From a virus (taxonomy: Duplodnaviria > Heunggongvirae > Uroviricota > Caudoviricetes): a stretch of 64,000 bases of DNA. A model generated the notes under the pieces. It worked only from the letters and a program-made list of their open reading frames with translations, was not told where the DNA came from and ran no database searches. The stretch is taken from IMG/VR virus record IMGVR_UViG_2609460125_000009. One strand, given 5' to 3'. The translations under genes were made by a program, and so were the position numbers. Positions 37,817 through 48,111 of this stretch are shown here, piece by piece. Every line of letters starts with the position of its first letter. Position 1 is the first letter of the stretch.

Positions 37817-40132
37817 ATGATAAGCATCGTAAAACGTAACGGCCAAACAGAGCCGTTATCCGAAGAAAAATACAACCGCGTCGTAATGTATGGCGTAGAA
37901 GGCATTCGTGGTGTAAGCGCATCCGCTGTAGCAATGGGAGCTGCGACCAGCATTTTTGATGGGATTACCACCAGCCAGTTGCATGAGGCTTTGGTTAAAT
38001 CTGCCGCTGATTTGATCTCACCAGATGCACCAAATTACTCGCAGGTGGCTGCCCGCCTGAACATTTTTAAAATCCGCAAAGATGCCTTCGGTCGTTACGA
38101 CTATCCGAACTTCTACCAACACATTGTCAAGAACGTTAACAAGGGCGTTTATGACAAGGATTTGCTGACACATTATTCATTTGAAGAGATCGAAGAACTC
38201 GGCAATTACATTAAGCCTAAACGTGACGATCTTTTTGGCTATGCAGCTACGGTGCAGTTGCAAAGCAAATACCTCGTTCAAAACCGTGTTACTGGTGAGA
38301 TTCACGAAGGCCCGCAACATATCTATATGCTGGTGGGCATGTGTCTGTTCCAGAATTGGGAAGACGACTGCGCGGGCAAAACACGTATGGAGATGGTCAA
38401 AGGTTTCTATGACGTTACAAGTACGTTCAAGCTGTCTCTGCCCACACCAATCATGGCCGGCGTCCGTACTCCAACCCGTCAGTTCTCCAGTTGTGTGCTG
38501 ATTGAGTCTGGCGATAGTCTGAAAGGGATTAGTGCAGCTTCAGCCGCAATTATCGACTACGTTTCACGTCGTGCTGGAATTGGTATTGGTTTTGGCCGTA
38601 TCCGTGCGCTGGGCAGCGAGATCCGCAATGGTGAAGCCACCCATACCGGAGTTATTCCATTCCTGAAGCATTTCCAGACGGCTGTTAAATCTTGTTCGCA
38701 AGGTGGTGTTCGTGGTGGCGCAGCAACAGCGTTTTACCCGATCTGGCATCTTGAAGTTGAAAGTCTGCTGGTGGTGAAAAATAACCGTGGTATTGATGAA
38801 AACCGCGTTCGCCATCTTGATTACGGCGTCATGAGTAACCGTCTAATGTACCGTCGACTCGTCAGAAGCGAGAACATCACTCTGTTCAGCCCGCATGATG
38901 TGCCTGATATGTACGAAGCCTTCTTCACAGACCAGGATCTGTTTGAAAAGCTGTACCATAAATACGAAGCCGATGATTCAATTCGCAAGAAGTCAGTACC
39001 TGCCATTGAGCTGTTCTCATCTCTGATGCAGGAACGAGCGTCCACGGGCCGAATTTATATTGCGAACGTCGATCATATTAACGAGCATGGCGCTTTCATT
39101 CCTGCTCTTGCACCTGTTCGCCAGTCAAACCTGTGCATGGAGATCACTCTACCCACTCGTCCACTGGCATTTACCGACGACCCGAACGGTGAGATCGCGC
39201 TATGCACTTTATCCGCTTTTAACCTCGGAGCCATCCGTTCACTGGAGTCCCTTAAAGAGGTGGCGTTCTATGCCGTTGCTGCACTGGATTCGTTACTGGA
39301 TTATCAAGACTATCCGATGGAGGCAGCCGAAGTGCCTGCCAAAGCTCGTCGTAGCTTGGGAATTGGTGTAACCAACTTTGCTTATTACCTGGCAAAGAAT
39401 GGCGTTCGTTATTCTGATACCGCTGGCAATAAACTGGTGCATGAAACGTTCGAAGCTATCCAGTATTACCTTCTTGATGCCAGCTGCCGACTTGCTGAAG
39501 CAAAAGGTGAGTGTGACTGGTTTGAGCAGACCAAGTACGCAATTGGTCAGTTGCCGATCGACCATTACCGTTCTTCATTAGACGAAAGTGGCGAAACCAA
39601 CTTTGAGTTAAAGATGCCGTGGGAAGAACTGCGTGAACGTATTGCAAAATACGGCCTTCGCAACTCCACACTGACGGCACAAATGCCATGCGAGACTTCC
39701 AGCCAGATCACTAATTCCACCAACGGCATCGAACCGCCTCGTGGCCCGGTGTCGGTGAAATCTTCTAAGGACGGCATCGTTAAGATGGTCGTGCCTGAGT
39801 TTGAAAAACTGAAGGAACAGTATGAATACCTGTGGGATATGCCGGACAACCGCGGCTATCTGACAAAGGTGGCGATCATCCAGAAGTTCTTTGACCAGGC
39901 TATTTCAGCCAATACCAACTATGACCCTTCTCGCTTTGAAGGCGATAAAGTCCCAATGATGACGCTACTGTCAGATTTGCTTCTCGCCTACAAGATGGGA
40001 GTTAAAACGCTTTACTACCACAACACCAGAGATGGTGCAGGAAAGCGTGATGACGACGAAGCGCAGAATCCACTTACGCAAGCTGTAGCCGTCGAGCCAG
40101 AAGATGAGTGCGACGGAGCCTGCAAAATCTGA
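37817..40132 (+). CDS. nrdA: ribonucleotide reductase class Ia large subunit
   Basis: N-terminal ATP-cone, active-site region SNLCMEI, C-terminal Cys pair; 771 aa. Confidence 0.9.
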   Translation: MISIVKRNGQTEPLSEEKYNRVVMYGVEGIRGVSASAVAMGAATSIFDGITTSQLHEALVKSAADLISPDAPNYSQVAARLNIFKIRKDAFGRYDYPNFYQHIVKNVNKGVYDKDLLTHYSFEEIEELGNYIKPKRDDLFGYAATVQLQSKYLVQNRVTGEIHEGPQHIYMLVGMCLFQNWEDDCAGKTRMEMVKGFYDVTSTFKLSLPTPIMAGVRTPTRQFSSCVLIESGDSLKGISAASAAIIDYVSRRAGIGIGFGRIRALGSEIRNGEATHTGVIPFLKHFQTAVKSCSQGGVRGGAATAFYPIWHLEVESLLVVKNNRGIDENRVRHLDYGVMSNRLMYRRLVRSENITLFSPHDVPDMYEAFFTDQDLFEKLYHKYEADDSIRKKSVPAIELFSSLMQERASTGRIYIANVDHINEHGAFIPALAPVRQSNLCMEITLPTRPLAFTDDPNGEIALCTLSAFNLGAIRSLESLKEVAFYAVAALDSLLDYQDYPMEAAEVPAKARRSLGIGVTNFAYYLAKNGVRYSDTAGNKLVHETFEAIQYYLLDASCRLAEAKGECDWFEQTKYAIGQLPIDHYRSSLDESGETNFELKMPWEELRERIAKYGLRNSTLTAQMPCETSSQITNSTNGIEPPRGPVSVKSSKDGIVKMVVPEFEKLKEQYEYLWDMPDNRGYLTKVAIIQKFFDQAISANTNYDPSRFEGDKVPMMTLLSDLLLAYKMGVKTLYYHNTRDGAGKRDDDEAQNPLTQAVAVEPEDECDGACKI

Positions 40133-40232
40133 CATATGGTGGGGTATATCCCCACCTTATCTTTGATTTGTAAGCCTTGTTTAAACACATAAGATAACAA
40201 CTTGTTTAAACACATCAAAAAAGGAAAAACAC

Positions 40233-41375
40233 ATGTCATATTCAACGTTCCGTTTGGGTGCTAATGATGCAACCAAAGAGCCTATGTTCCTCGGACAATC
40301 TGTCAACGTGGCACGTTACGATCAGCAAAAATACCGTGATTTTGAAAAGTTGATTGAACGTCAATTGTCTTTCTTCTGGCGGCCGGAAGAAGTTGATATT
40401 TCGAGTGATCGTATCGACTTCAACACGAAGCTGCGGGACCACGAACGTCACATTTTTCTGAGCAATCTCCGTTATCAAACGTTACTCGATTCAGTTCAGG
40501 GACGTAGCCCAAATGCAACGCTTCTGCCGCTTATCTCTATTCCTGAACTGGAAACGTGGGTTGAAACATGGTCTTTCTCTGAGACTATCCATAGCCGCAG
40601 CTACACCCACATTATTCGTGGCATGGTGGACGATCCGAGTATTGTTTTTGACGGTATTGTTACGGATGAAGAAATCATCAACCGAGCGATCAGTATCTCT
40701 GCTGAATATGACAGGCTTTATGGGATGACCTGCGAGCGCCAGTCGTTAGGTGAGAAAGAGTTTGAACGTCTGTACGTAAATGAATATGGCTGGGAGCCAT
40801 ACCCTTTGCACCGTCAGCTTTTCCGCACGTTGGTGTCCATTAATGCGCTTGAGGCGATCCGTTTCTATGTAAGTTTTGCATGTACGTTTGCCTTTGGCGA
40901 ACGGAAGTTGCTTGAGGGTAACACCAAAATTATGCGCTTTATTGCCCGTGATGAAGCTCTGCATTGCGAAGGAACTGAACGCATGATCCGCTTCATGCGT
41001 ACCGGTCGCGAAGGCTTATTGTGGAAAGAGATTGCTGCTGATGAAGAAAACGTCATTTACGACACCATGAAATCAGTCGCCGAACAAGAAATGAACTGGG
41101 CAGACTATCTCTTCAAAGACGGTTCGATGATTGGTTTAAACGCGGATATTCTGAAGACCTATGTAAAATACCGCACCAATCTGGCTATGAATCGTCTTGG
41201 CCTGAAGGCTTTATTTCCAGAAGTTACCACAGATCCGCTGGTCTGGATGAACAAGTGGTTGTTAACCGACACACTGCAAATTGCACCACAAGAGGCAGAG
41301 CAAAGCACATATCTGGTAGGTCAGATCGATTCTACCGTGGATAAGGCTTCTCTAAGCCAGTTTGCAGACCTGTAA
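40233..41375 (+). CDS. nrdB: ribonucleotide reductase class Ia small subunit
   Basis: Immediately downstream of the large subunit; length and overall sequence character typical of R2; conserved GGAAAAACACATG context. Confidence 0.85.
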   Translation: MSYSTFRLGANDATKEPMFLGQSVNVARYDQQKYRDFEKLIERQLSFFWRPEEVDISSDRIDFNTKLRDHERHIFLSNLRYQTLLDSVQGRSPNATLLPLISIPELETWVETWSFSETIHSRSYTHIIRGMVDDPSIVFDGIVTDEEIINRAISISAEYDRLYGMTCERQSLGEKEFERLYVNEYGWEPYPLHRQLFRTLVSINALEAIRFYVSFACTFAFGERKLLEGNTKIMRFIARDEALHCEGTERMIRFMRTGREGLLWKEIAADEENVIYDTMKSVAEQEMNWADYLFKDGSMIGLNADILKTYVKYRTNLAMNRLGLKALFPEVTTDPLVWMNKWLLTDTLQIAPQEAEQSTYLVGQIDSTVDKASLSQFADL

Positions 41376-41452
41376 ACCGATACAAAGCATTATGTGGCCT
41401 GGCAACGCTGGGCCACAATGGATCACAAGAATTAAGAAGGAACAAAACTAGC

Positions 41453-42322
41453 ATGAACTTTACCAAACTGACTGACCACCTGAAACTTGCCACCGATCGT
41501 CTCATTGGATTTAAGCCAGAACCATATGAGTTGCATGAAGGTCATGGTGTAGCTACTGAAAGTATTTACAAGATGGTCGATCAGTTTCATGAACTCTTCC
41601 AGCATCCGAGACGCGTTATGCCGACACCAGAGCTGCTTCGTCTCCGTGCAAGCCTGATTCATGAAGAAGCTGTAGTGGAAGGTATTCCAGCCGCAATGAA
41701 TGGGGATATTGAGCAACTGCTGGATGCAATGGCCGACTTTTTATACGTTGGTGTTGGTACGATGGTCGCCATCAAAGGTGGTATTTCTACCGGCATGACC
41801 TATTACACGCAGGAACAGAGCATTGATCGCTTTATGCAGACAATTTTTGTGCCCGGTAACACTGTTTTCGATGATATGGCAATGCCATTTCAGGAAGCTC
41901 GTGAGGCGTCATGTATGCTCGAAGAGCTGGCAGATAAACTTGAGAAGAAGACTGTTAAGGATTCTGAGCTGATTCAGGAACTGCGCCGTGTAATGAACAA
42001 AATCTATGTGGCGTGCATGATGACTTATCGACTGGCTGATTTCCTCGGTATCAATGTCGTCGAGCTGGTTGGCGAAATTCATCGGTCTAACATGACAAAA
42101 TTATGGCCTGCTGATGTTGAGGAACGTCGCCAGGCTGTGGCCAACTGCAAATACGACTCTTCAGATCTGGGATTCCGCCATGCTGATGGCACCGATAAGA
42201 TGATCGGTTTTCGAATTTCCGATGGAAAGATTATGAAGTCTCCAACCTATAGTGATGTCGATTTATCCTCCTTTGTTGAGCAAGCTAAAGCCTCAGCAAT
42301 GTACGGAATGATCAAAAAATAA
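41453..42322 (+). CDS. MazG-like nucleotide pyrophosphohydrolase (tentative)
   Basis: All-alpha character with E..E..D-type acidic motifs (IHEEAVVEG ... DIEQLLDAMADF); domain assignment not verified. Confidence 0.4.
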   Translation: MNFTKLTDHLKLATDRLIGFKPEPYELHEGHGVATESIYKMVDQFHELFQHPRRVMPTPELLRLRASLIHEEAVVEGIPAAMNGDIEQLLDAMADFLYVGVGTMVAIKGGISTGMTYYTQEQSIDRFMQTIFVPGNTVFDDMAMPFQEAREASCMLEELADKLEKKTVKDSELIQELRRVMNKIYVACMMTYRLADFLGINVVELVGEIHRSNMTKLWPADVEERRQAVANCKYDSSDLGFRHADGTDKMIGFRISDGKIMKSPTYSDVDLSSFVEQAKASAMYGMIKK

Positions 42323-42492
42323 TTGTAGGTAGTTATCTATCTGTGTATATTTAACATGCGTAATAAAACTCTGGAATGACTATTCGTTTTGGTGGCCTAT
42401 GGCCGCCATTTTTTTATCTGTCTGGTCTTGTTCTCTCAATGAATGTAAACTCACACGATGAATAAGTAATTACTTATCTTTGTGAGGTTTTT

Positions 42493-43596
42493 GTGTCACT
42501 CCTTTTGAATCGAGAGCATACGAACGGTCAGGTAACAAACGCATCGTATGCAAAAGTTATTGAGACGGTGCTTAAAAGCGGCGTGCAGGCTGATGATCGC
42601 ACAGGCACTGGTACTTTAAGCACCTGCTACGTTCCCTCTTACTACATGCTTACTGGTGGGACTGTGCCGCTTATTTCTGGAAAGGCGGTAAATCTTAAGC
42701 CACTGCTTGTCGAACTTGAGTGGTATCTGAAAGGCACGGGCAACATCCAATTTCTCAAGGATAACGGCGTTAAGATTTGGGATGCATGGGCCGATGAGAA
42801 TGGCGATTTGGGGCCGGTTTACGGTAAGCAGTGGCGTCGATGGGAAGATACCCGCATCGTGAGCCATAGTGAATATCTGAGCAAGATCGATACTTTCCGT
42901 GAACGCGGGTACAAAGTCGAGGGATACCTGGGTATCAGTGAAGATCGCGTAGTGCTGTCCCGTGAAATCGATCAGCTACAGCGTATTGTCGATACACTGC
43001 GCACGAACCCCACCGATCGTCGCATCATGCTTAACGCATGGAACGTAGGCGAGCTTGAGGATATGAAACTGCCACCTTGCCACTTTGTCTTCTCTTTGTG
43101 GAGTCGTGAGCTTGATTTTGAAACCCGTTTAACGATGGCAACTGACATTGGTCTTCAACACAGTCGCCTCGGTTATGAGTCTATCTACACCAAGATGCTA
43201 TACGATCTGGAGATGGACGGCAGTGTTACTGAAACTGAACTGGATGAACTTGGAATCCCCAAACGCATCCTCAACTCCTGCCTCGTACAGCGTAGCGTAG
43301 ACACTTTTGTTGGTATGCCATTCAATATTGCTGGCTATGGCATTCTCACTCATTTTCTCGCGAAGATTACGGGTCACATGGCCGGTGCATTTGTACATTT
43401 TGGCTTTGACGTGCATTTGTACAACAACCACATGGAAGGTGTGTGTGAGCTAATGAAACGACAGGCTCCAGAGCATTCAGATCCGGTCGTTATTTTCCCT
43501 CATGAATGGTCTGAGCTGGATGATTTCAAATGGGACGATATTCTGATTCTTGGCTATGACCCTCTACCGTGGATCAAGGTTCCAGTGGCGGTGTGA
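42493..43596 (+). CDS. thyA: thymidylate synthase with two insertions
   Basis: DRTGTGT, IWDAWADENGDLGPVYGKQWR, NAWNVGEL, PPCH, FNIAGY, HLY motifs align with E. coli ThyA; GTG start with GAGG RBS. Confidence 0.9.
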   Translation: MSLLLNREHTNGQVTNASYAKVIETVLKSGVQADDRTGTGTLSTCYVPSYYMLTGGTVPLISGKAVNLKPLLVELEWYLKGTGNIQFLKDNGVKIWDAWADENGDLGPVYGKQWRRWEDTRIVSHSEYLSKIDTFRERGYKVEGYLGISEDRVVLSREIDQLQRIVDTLRTNPTDRRIMLNAWNVGELEDMKLPPCHFVFSLWSRELDFETRLTMATDIGLQHSRLGYESIYTKMLYDLEMDGSVTETELDELGIPKRILNSCLVQRSVDTFVGMPFNIAGYGILTHFLAKITGHMAGAFVHFGFDVHLYNNHMEGVCELMKRQAPEHSDPVVIFPHEWSELDDFKWDDILILGYDPLPWIKVPVAV

Positions 43597-43597
43597 T

Positions 43598-44011
43598 ATG
43601 GCAATAGGTATGTATGTCTTATGCGAAATTGAAGGTGTGCTGGCAAATACCAGCCATCGTAAATCTGTATCTGACGCGGATGCAGGCCAGCTCATTGCCG
43701 GTGATGAACTCATTTTCCCCACCAGCCGTATGTTGCGTGGTTTTGCTCGCTCAGGGGCTGAAGTGGTGCTTATCAGTAGCCGCTCTGAAACTCTTGAAGC
43801 GCCCACTAAACGATGGTTGAAAGATTTTGGTGTTGATTACGACTGGCTTCATCTCGTACCGAATGGCGTCAGTTATGAGAAGCATATTAAGCGCACATTA
43901 GCGGAGCATAAAGGCGATCTGCTTATCGCTGCGCTGGTGCACGATCCTCGACTCCGTGCCGCTTTAGCTGACTCTCATCATAGACCGGTCATCTATGAGG
44001 TGAGCAAATGA
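43598..44011 (+). CDS. hypothetical protein
   Basis: ORF with ATG 2 nt after thyA stop; start uncertain. Confidence 0.4.
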   Translation: MAIGMYVLCEIEGVLANTSHRKSVSDADAGQLIAGDELIFPTSRMLRGFARSGAEVVLISSRSETLEAPTKRWLKDFGVDYDWLHLVPNGVSYEKHIKRTLAEHKGDLLIAALVHDPRLRAALADSHHRPVIYEVSK

Positions 44012-44484
44012 AGATGATAGCTGCTGTTGGCCGTAACTATGAGATCGGCATAGCGAACGAACTGCCCTGGCGTTGTTCTACCGATCTGAAGCTATTTAAG
44101 AGACTCACCAAAAACGCCACTGTCGTTATGGGGCGTAAAACGATGGAAAGTCTCAAACGCCCTCTTCCAGAGCGTCATAACCTCGTTTTGACGCGCTCTC
44201 ATGGCTTTGTACCAAATGGATTCTACCCTGCTGGTGTGGATGATGTGTTGCGATTACCAGAGCCTGTGTGGGTGATTGGCGGGGAACAAATTTACTCGCT
44301 ATTCATGCCGCATGTTGAAGAGATTTGGCTCTCCCACATCGGCGTTGATGTGCCAAACGCCGATGCATTCTTCCCGGCAAGCATGATGCGTAATTTAGGC
44401 TTTGTGCCTGTTGAAACAGTTTTTACCCAACGAGCCAGCGAGGAAGAGCTTGGCTTTTCGCAGATCGTATACAGAAGGTCGTAA
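44008..44484 (+). CDS. folA: dihydrofolate reductase
   Basis: MIAAVGRNYEIG ... LPW ... VVMGRKT ... VIGGEQIY motifs. Confidence 0.85.
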   Translation: MKMIAAVGRNYEIGIANELPWRCSTDLKLFKRLTKNATVVMGRKTMESLKRPLPERHNLVLTRSHGFVPNGFYPAGVDDVLRLPEPVWVIGGEQIYSLFMPHVEEIWLSHIGVDVPNADAFFPASMMRNLGFVPVETVFTQRASEEELGFSQIVYRRS

Positions 44485-45128
44485 TGGATTACCGGATTGG
44501 GATCACTGGTGCTCAGGGCAGTGGGAAAACAACCCTGGCAAAATATATCGACAAACATTACGGAATCCCTTACGTGGATGCTGGTGTCGGAAGTTTGATG
44601 AGCCGACTCGGTGTTCGAGTAGGTGAGTCTATGCCTCTATATGAGCGGCTTCAGATTCAAATGGAAATAGCAAAGCATATAGAGCTACTTACGCGTGGTG
44701 TTGAAGGCTTTGTTATCGATCGCACACCTGCTGATGTTATGGCCTACACGTTGGATTTGGTCGGCCATACCAATGAAGATCGATGTATTGAGTTAGCCCT
44801 CGATATCGAAAAGTTTTGCCACAAAACTGCTATTTCAAACTTTAACGCCATTGCTGGCTTACGCCCGGGAGTCGCTCTCTCAGAGCGAGATTACTTGCGA
44901 TCACAACGAGCATCATTAGACCGTCTGTATGTCGCTCGTATTGATGCGTTGATGTGCGGGGAACTGACAAAAATTCACCTGCATCCGCAAAGGGGGGATC
45001 TGCAAACCTTCGTCGTTTCCAACCGATATCGCACGGTTGAAGCAAGAGCCAGATCAGTGATGAGAATGCTAGATAACGCTGTAGAAAAGATAGAAAACCG
45101 GTTCTGTGGCCGAGTGACCGTTCATTAG
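44484..45128 (+). CDS. P-loop NTPase, putative (deoxy)nucleotide kinase
   Basis: Walker A GITGAQGSGKTT at N-terminus; sits in the nucleotide-metabolism cluster. Confidence 0.5.
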   Translation: MDYRIGITGAQGSGKTTLAKYIDKHYGIPYVDAGVGSLMSRLGVRVGESMPLYERLQIQMEIAKHIELLTRGVEGFVIDRTPADVMAYTLDLVGHTNEDRCIELALDIEKFCHKTAISNFNAIAGLRPGVALSERDYLRSQRASLDRLYVARIDALMCGELTKIHLHPQRGDLQTFVVSNRYRTVEARARSVMRMLDNAVEKIENRFCGRVTVH

Positions 45129-45189
45129 AAATTGTTCGCCTCTTCGACATTGCGACAATAAAACTCTCAAAATGGGTTAAGGATAAAAA

Positions 45190-45609
45190 ATGTTTAGTGA
45201 AATGTTGCTTGAAGATGAACTGGATCGGAAAACAACAGAGGCTTTGATTCGTGTAGCGGACGAACATTCCCGGTCTCTTATGAGCGATCGAGAGGCTCGT
45301 CTGGCTATTCGTGCCATATTCGAAACTGCGCAGGGGCTTGTTGGCGCACAAGTAGGTGAAGCCATTAACATCGCCATGTCTCAGTTCAGTGAAGGCAGTA
45401 AAAAGCCTCTGTTTCCTATGCATTTGATGCTGGCTGGTGGCACGGTGCTTTACGTCTCTGTTTGTCTGGATAGCAACCAAATCAACATTCTCAACACGGC
45501 GTCAGGTAAGTGGAAAGATCCGGTTGTCTGTGAAACCAGTGAAGAAACTTTGAAAAAAGCGGCTCAATTTGTACGTAGCGCACTACTTAAGGGCGCTAAG
45601 AAGTTGTAA
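45190..45609 (+). CDS. hypothetical protein
   Basis: 139-aa ORF with AGGA RBS. Confidence 0.5.
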   Translation: MFSEMLLEDELDRKTTEALIRVADEHSRSLMSDREARLAIRAIFETAQGLVGAQVGEAINIAMSQFSEGSKKPLFPMHLMLAGGTVLYVSVCLDSNQINILNTASGKWKDPVVCETSEETLKKAAQFVRSALLKGAKKL

Positions 45610-45618
45610 GGAGTAGTA

Positions 45619-46413
45619 ATGGGACAACCGGTAGACATAACAGGTAAACGTTTTGGAAAGTTGGTTGCACTTAAATATTCCGGTATTTCAAACAAACAAG
45701 GGCGACTTTGGGATTGCATCTGCGATTGCGGCAACACCTGCCTGGTTAGTTACGGGAAGCTAAATCACGGGGCGACAATATCGTGTGGCTGTGTCTACAA
45801 CGCACATCGCCGTAGCGTAAAGCCTCATGGTATGAGTAAAACGCCAATTTATCGTATATGGCTGGGTATGCGGGAACGATGTGAAAAACCAATCCATCAC
45901 GCCTATAAGTGGTATGGCGGCCGAGGTATCAAAGTCTGCGAGCGGTGGCAAATATTTGAAAACTTTTATGCTGACATGGGAGAGCGACCAGAGGGGATGT
46001 CTCTTGATCGCAAAGATGTGAATGGTGACTACGAACCTGAAAATTGCAGATGGGCGACTTTTGAAGAACAGGCCAATAACACGCGTTCAAACTTAATTTT
46101 GGAGCATAAGGGGGAAAAGCTGACTCTCTCACAATGGGCTAAAAGAGCCGGGATTCAGACATCAACTCTTCACTATCGAATCAAGAAAGGGTGGCCATTA
46201 GATCGCGCGCTTAACGCCAGCGTCGACACGTATGCCAACCGAGATAGTAAGCGTCTGATCGAGTGTCGCGGCAGAACTCAGCGAATTACCGAATGGGCTA
46301 GAGAGGTTGGCTTGACTGCGACCATTATCTCGCAGCGAATTTTGAGGGGGTGGGATGTTGAAGCTGCCATCTTCACACCGTCCAAACGACCAGTAAAAGG
46401 AGATAAAAAGTGA
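45619..46413 (+). CDS. HNH-like homing endonuclease family protein (degenerate) with C-terminal HTH repeats
   Basis: Cys-rich N-terminus, YGGRGIKVCERW and SLDRKDVNGDYEPENCRWAT..EQANN resembling HNH_3-type proteins, two helix-turn-helix-like repeats. Confidence 0.45.
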   Translation: MGQPVDITGKRFGKLVALKYSGISNKQGRLWDCICDCGNTCLVSYGKLNHGATISCGCVYNAHRRSVKPHGMSKTPIYRIWLGMRERCEKPIHHAYKWYGGRGIKVCERWQIFENFYADMGERPEGMSLDRKDVNGDYEPENCRWATFEEQANNTRSNLILEHKGEKLTLSQWAKRAGIQTSTLHYRIKKGWPLDRALNASVDTYANRDSKRLIECRGRTQRITEWAREVGLTATIISQRILRGWDVEAAIFTPSKRPVKGDKK

Positions 46414-46958
46414 TTGCTACAGGGGTGGACATCGAATCAACAGGTCTTGATTTCCTCTCAGGCCATAAAATCATTGAAATCGCAATGGTGAAGTACGAAA
46501 TTGAGACACAGACAATGGTTGATAGTTTTGTAATGCGGTTCAACCCGCGTCGCAGTATCGATCCGAAAGCGCAAGCGGTACACGGCATCAGTCTTGAAGA
46601 TTTAGCCGCCGAGCCGTTACTAGCCGATCACGCTTCATCTGTCGCTTCGTATCTCTCTTCTTCCGATATTTGGATAGCCCACAACGGCGAAGCGTTCGAT
46701 ATTCCGTTTATTAGGCATGAGCTGAAAAGTTACGGTTTTTCGCTTCCAGACATCCCATTGATTGACACTCTATTTTCCCTGTGGGCCACAGAAGACGGTA
46801 AACGTCCTCGCCTTGAAGAATTGGCCTTCTCTCTTGGCTTTATATACGATCATGCCAAAGCACATAGTGCCTTATATGACACAAACTTAATGATGCAATG
46901 CTTCTTTAAGGCACGTAATAAATACGGATTTTTTAAATTACCCTCTGAAATTGTGTAA
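46410..46958 (+). CDS. DnaQ-like 3'-5' exonuclease (DEDDh)
   Basis: Exo I VDIESTG, Exo II IAHNGEAFD, Exo III HSALYD; GTG start with AGGAG RBS. Confidence 0.75.
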   Translation: MIATGVDIESTGLDFLSGHKIIEIAMVKYEIETQTMVDSFVMRFNPRRSIDPKAQAVHGISLEDLAAEPLLADHASSVASYLSSSDIWIAHNGEAFDIPFIRHELKSYGFSLPDIPLIDTLFSLWATEDGKRPRLEELAFSLGFIYDHAKAHSALYDTNLMMQCFFKARNKYGFFKLPSEIV

Positions 46959-46963
46959 AACAA

Positions 46964-47002
46964 AAGCCTGCTTTAAAGAGAGTTTGAAGCAGGCTTTCTT
47001 TT
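46964..47002 (+). terminator. rho-independent terminator after the exonuclease gene
   Basis: aagcctgctt ... aagcaggctt then tctttt. Confidence 0.6.
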
Positions 47003-47118
47003 AAAGAACAGTCGCCTTTCAATCATTTCCTGCCTGTATTTAATACTTTTCCGCCTGATAGGTTTAGTCAAAATGTAGCCATCGAAACGCAAATGTAACC
47101 AAGCAGAAGGAGACTTAC

Positions 47119-47928
47119 ATGAGTTCGGTTGAAAATGTAATGACAAATGATGATCTGGACGAGCTGACAGCCATGTTGCAATCACTTGATGAACCAGTAA
47201 AAAAAGCCGCACAGGTTGAAAATACTGATGATATTGACGATCTGCTGCTCGGCCTCGATGCTGGCGTAGCCATGAGTTCTGATGATGTTGCCGAAGAACT
47301 GTTCAATGAAGAAAAAGCAGGTGATTTCAGCTCTGCTTTAAATGAGTTGGAGTTAGCGCATGAGCCTATAAACGTAATTAACGCTGAAAGTGTTGAAGCT
47401 GCCGAAAACGAGCCAGAACAATTGGGATTTATTGAGGTTGAAGAGTATGTTGAGGTTAATGACGAATTAAAAGTTCAACAGTCAAATGATAGCAACACAA
47501 ATAAAAAAGCGCGTACTGCAAGAGGTCCTCGTTTTACTTTAAGTGATAAAGATGATTCGTTTTTCAATAAAGCAGGCTTAGAAACAGATATTTTCTTAGA
47601 CGCTTACGAAAACGCGCCTGTCAAAGCAAAGGATAAGATATTAAACCTTCTTAATTGGTTTAGCGGAGGTCCAGATATTAGTGTTTACACGGTAATTTCC
47701 ATGAGACACCTTCTCACAGAAAAGAAGGCTACAAGTAATAGTATTAAGATTGCTTTAATGAGCAATCCAGAAAAACCGTATCCGCTTAACACTGCGTCAA
47801 CTCAGGCTGGGCAAATGATGGCTGTATTTCCAGCGACAGGAATTGCCGTTAGAGACGGTGGAAATCTAACATTGAACGAAGAATCACCGATCGTTAAGAA
47901 GTTTGTAGCGGAGTACACTATTGGATGA
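47119..47928 (+). CDS. hypothetical protein with highly acidic N-terminal half
   Basis: 269 aa; AGGAG RBS; Asp/Glu-rich first ~120 aa. Confidence 0.5.
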   Translation: MSSVENVMTNDDLDELTAMLQSLDEPVKKAAQVENTDDIDDLLLGLDAGVAMSSDDVAEELFNEEKAGDFSSALNELELAHEPINVINAESVEAAENEPEQLGFIEVEEYVEVNDELKVQQSNDSNTNKKARTARGPRFTLSDKDDSFFNKAGLETDIFLDAYENAPVKAKDKILNLLNWFSGGPDISVYTVISMRHLLTEKKATSNSIKIALMSNPEKPYPLNTASTQAGQMMAVFPATGIAVRDGGNLTLNEESPIVKKFVAEYTIG

Positions 47929-48111
47929 CGTCCCCCTACTGAAAATAAAGCCCATAGAGAGCTTTATAGTGCTGGGTAAGCCAATCACATACCCAGCACC
48001 ACAAAAACGCGCCAGAGAGCTTCTCGTTTGCATTTCTGGCGCGTTTTATTTGATTGCCAGACATAAAATCAAATGCAAAAATAGGTAATCACTTACCTAT
48101 CGAGAAAGAAG

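Noticed and set aside
37817-43596. Group I introns in nrdA/nrdB/thyA (as in T4-like phages)
   Set aside because: All three reading frames are continuous; the extra length of ThyA is explained by two in-frame insertions, not an intron.
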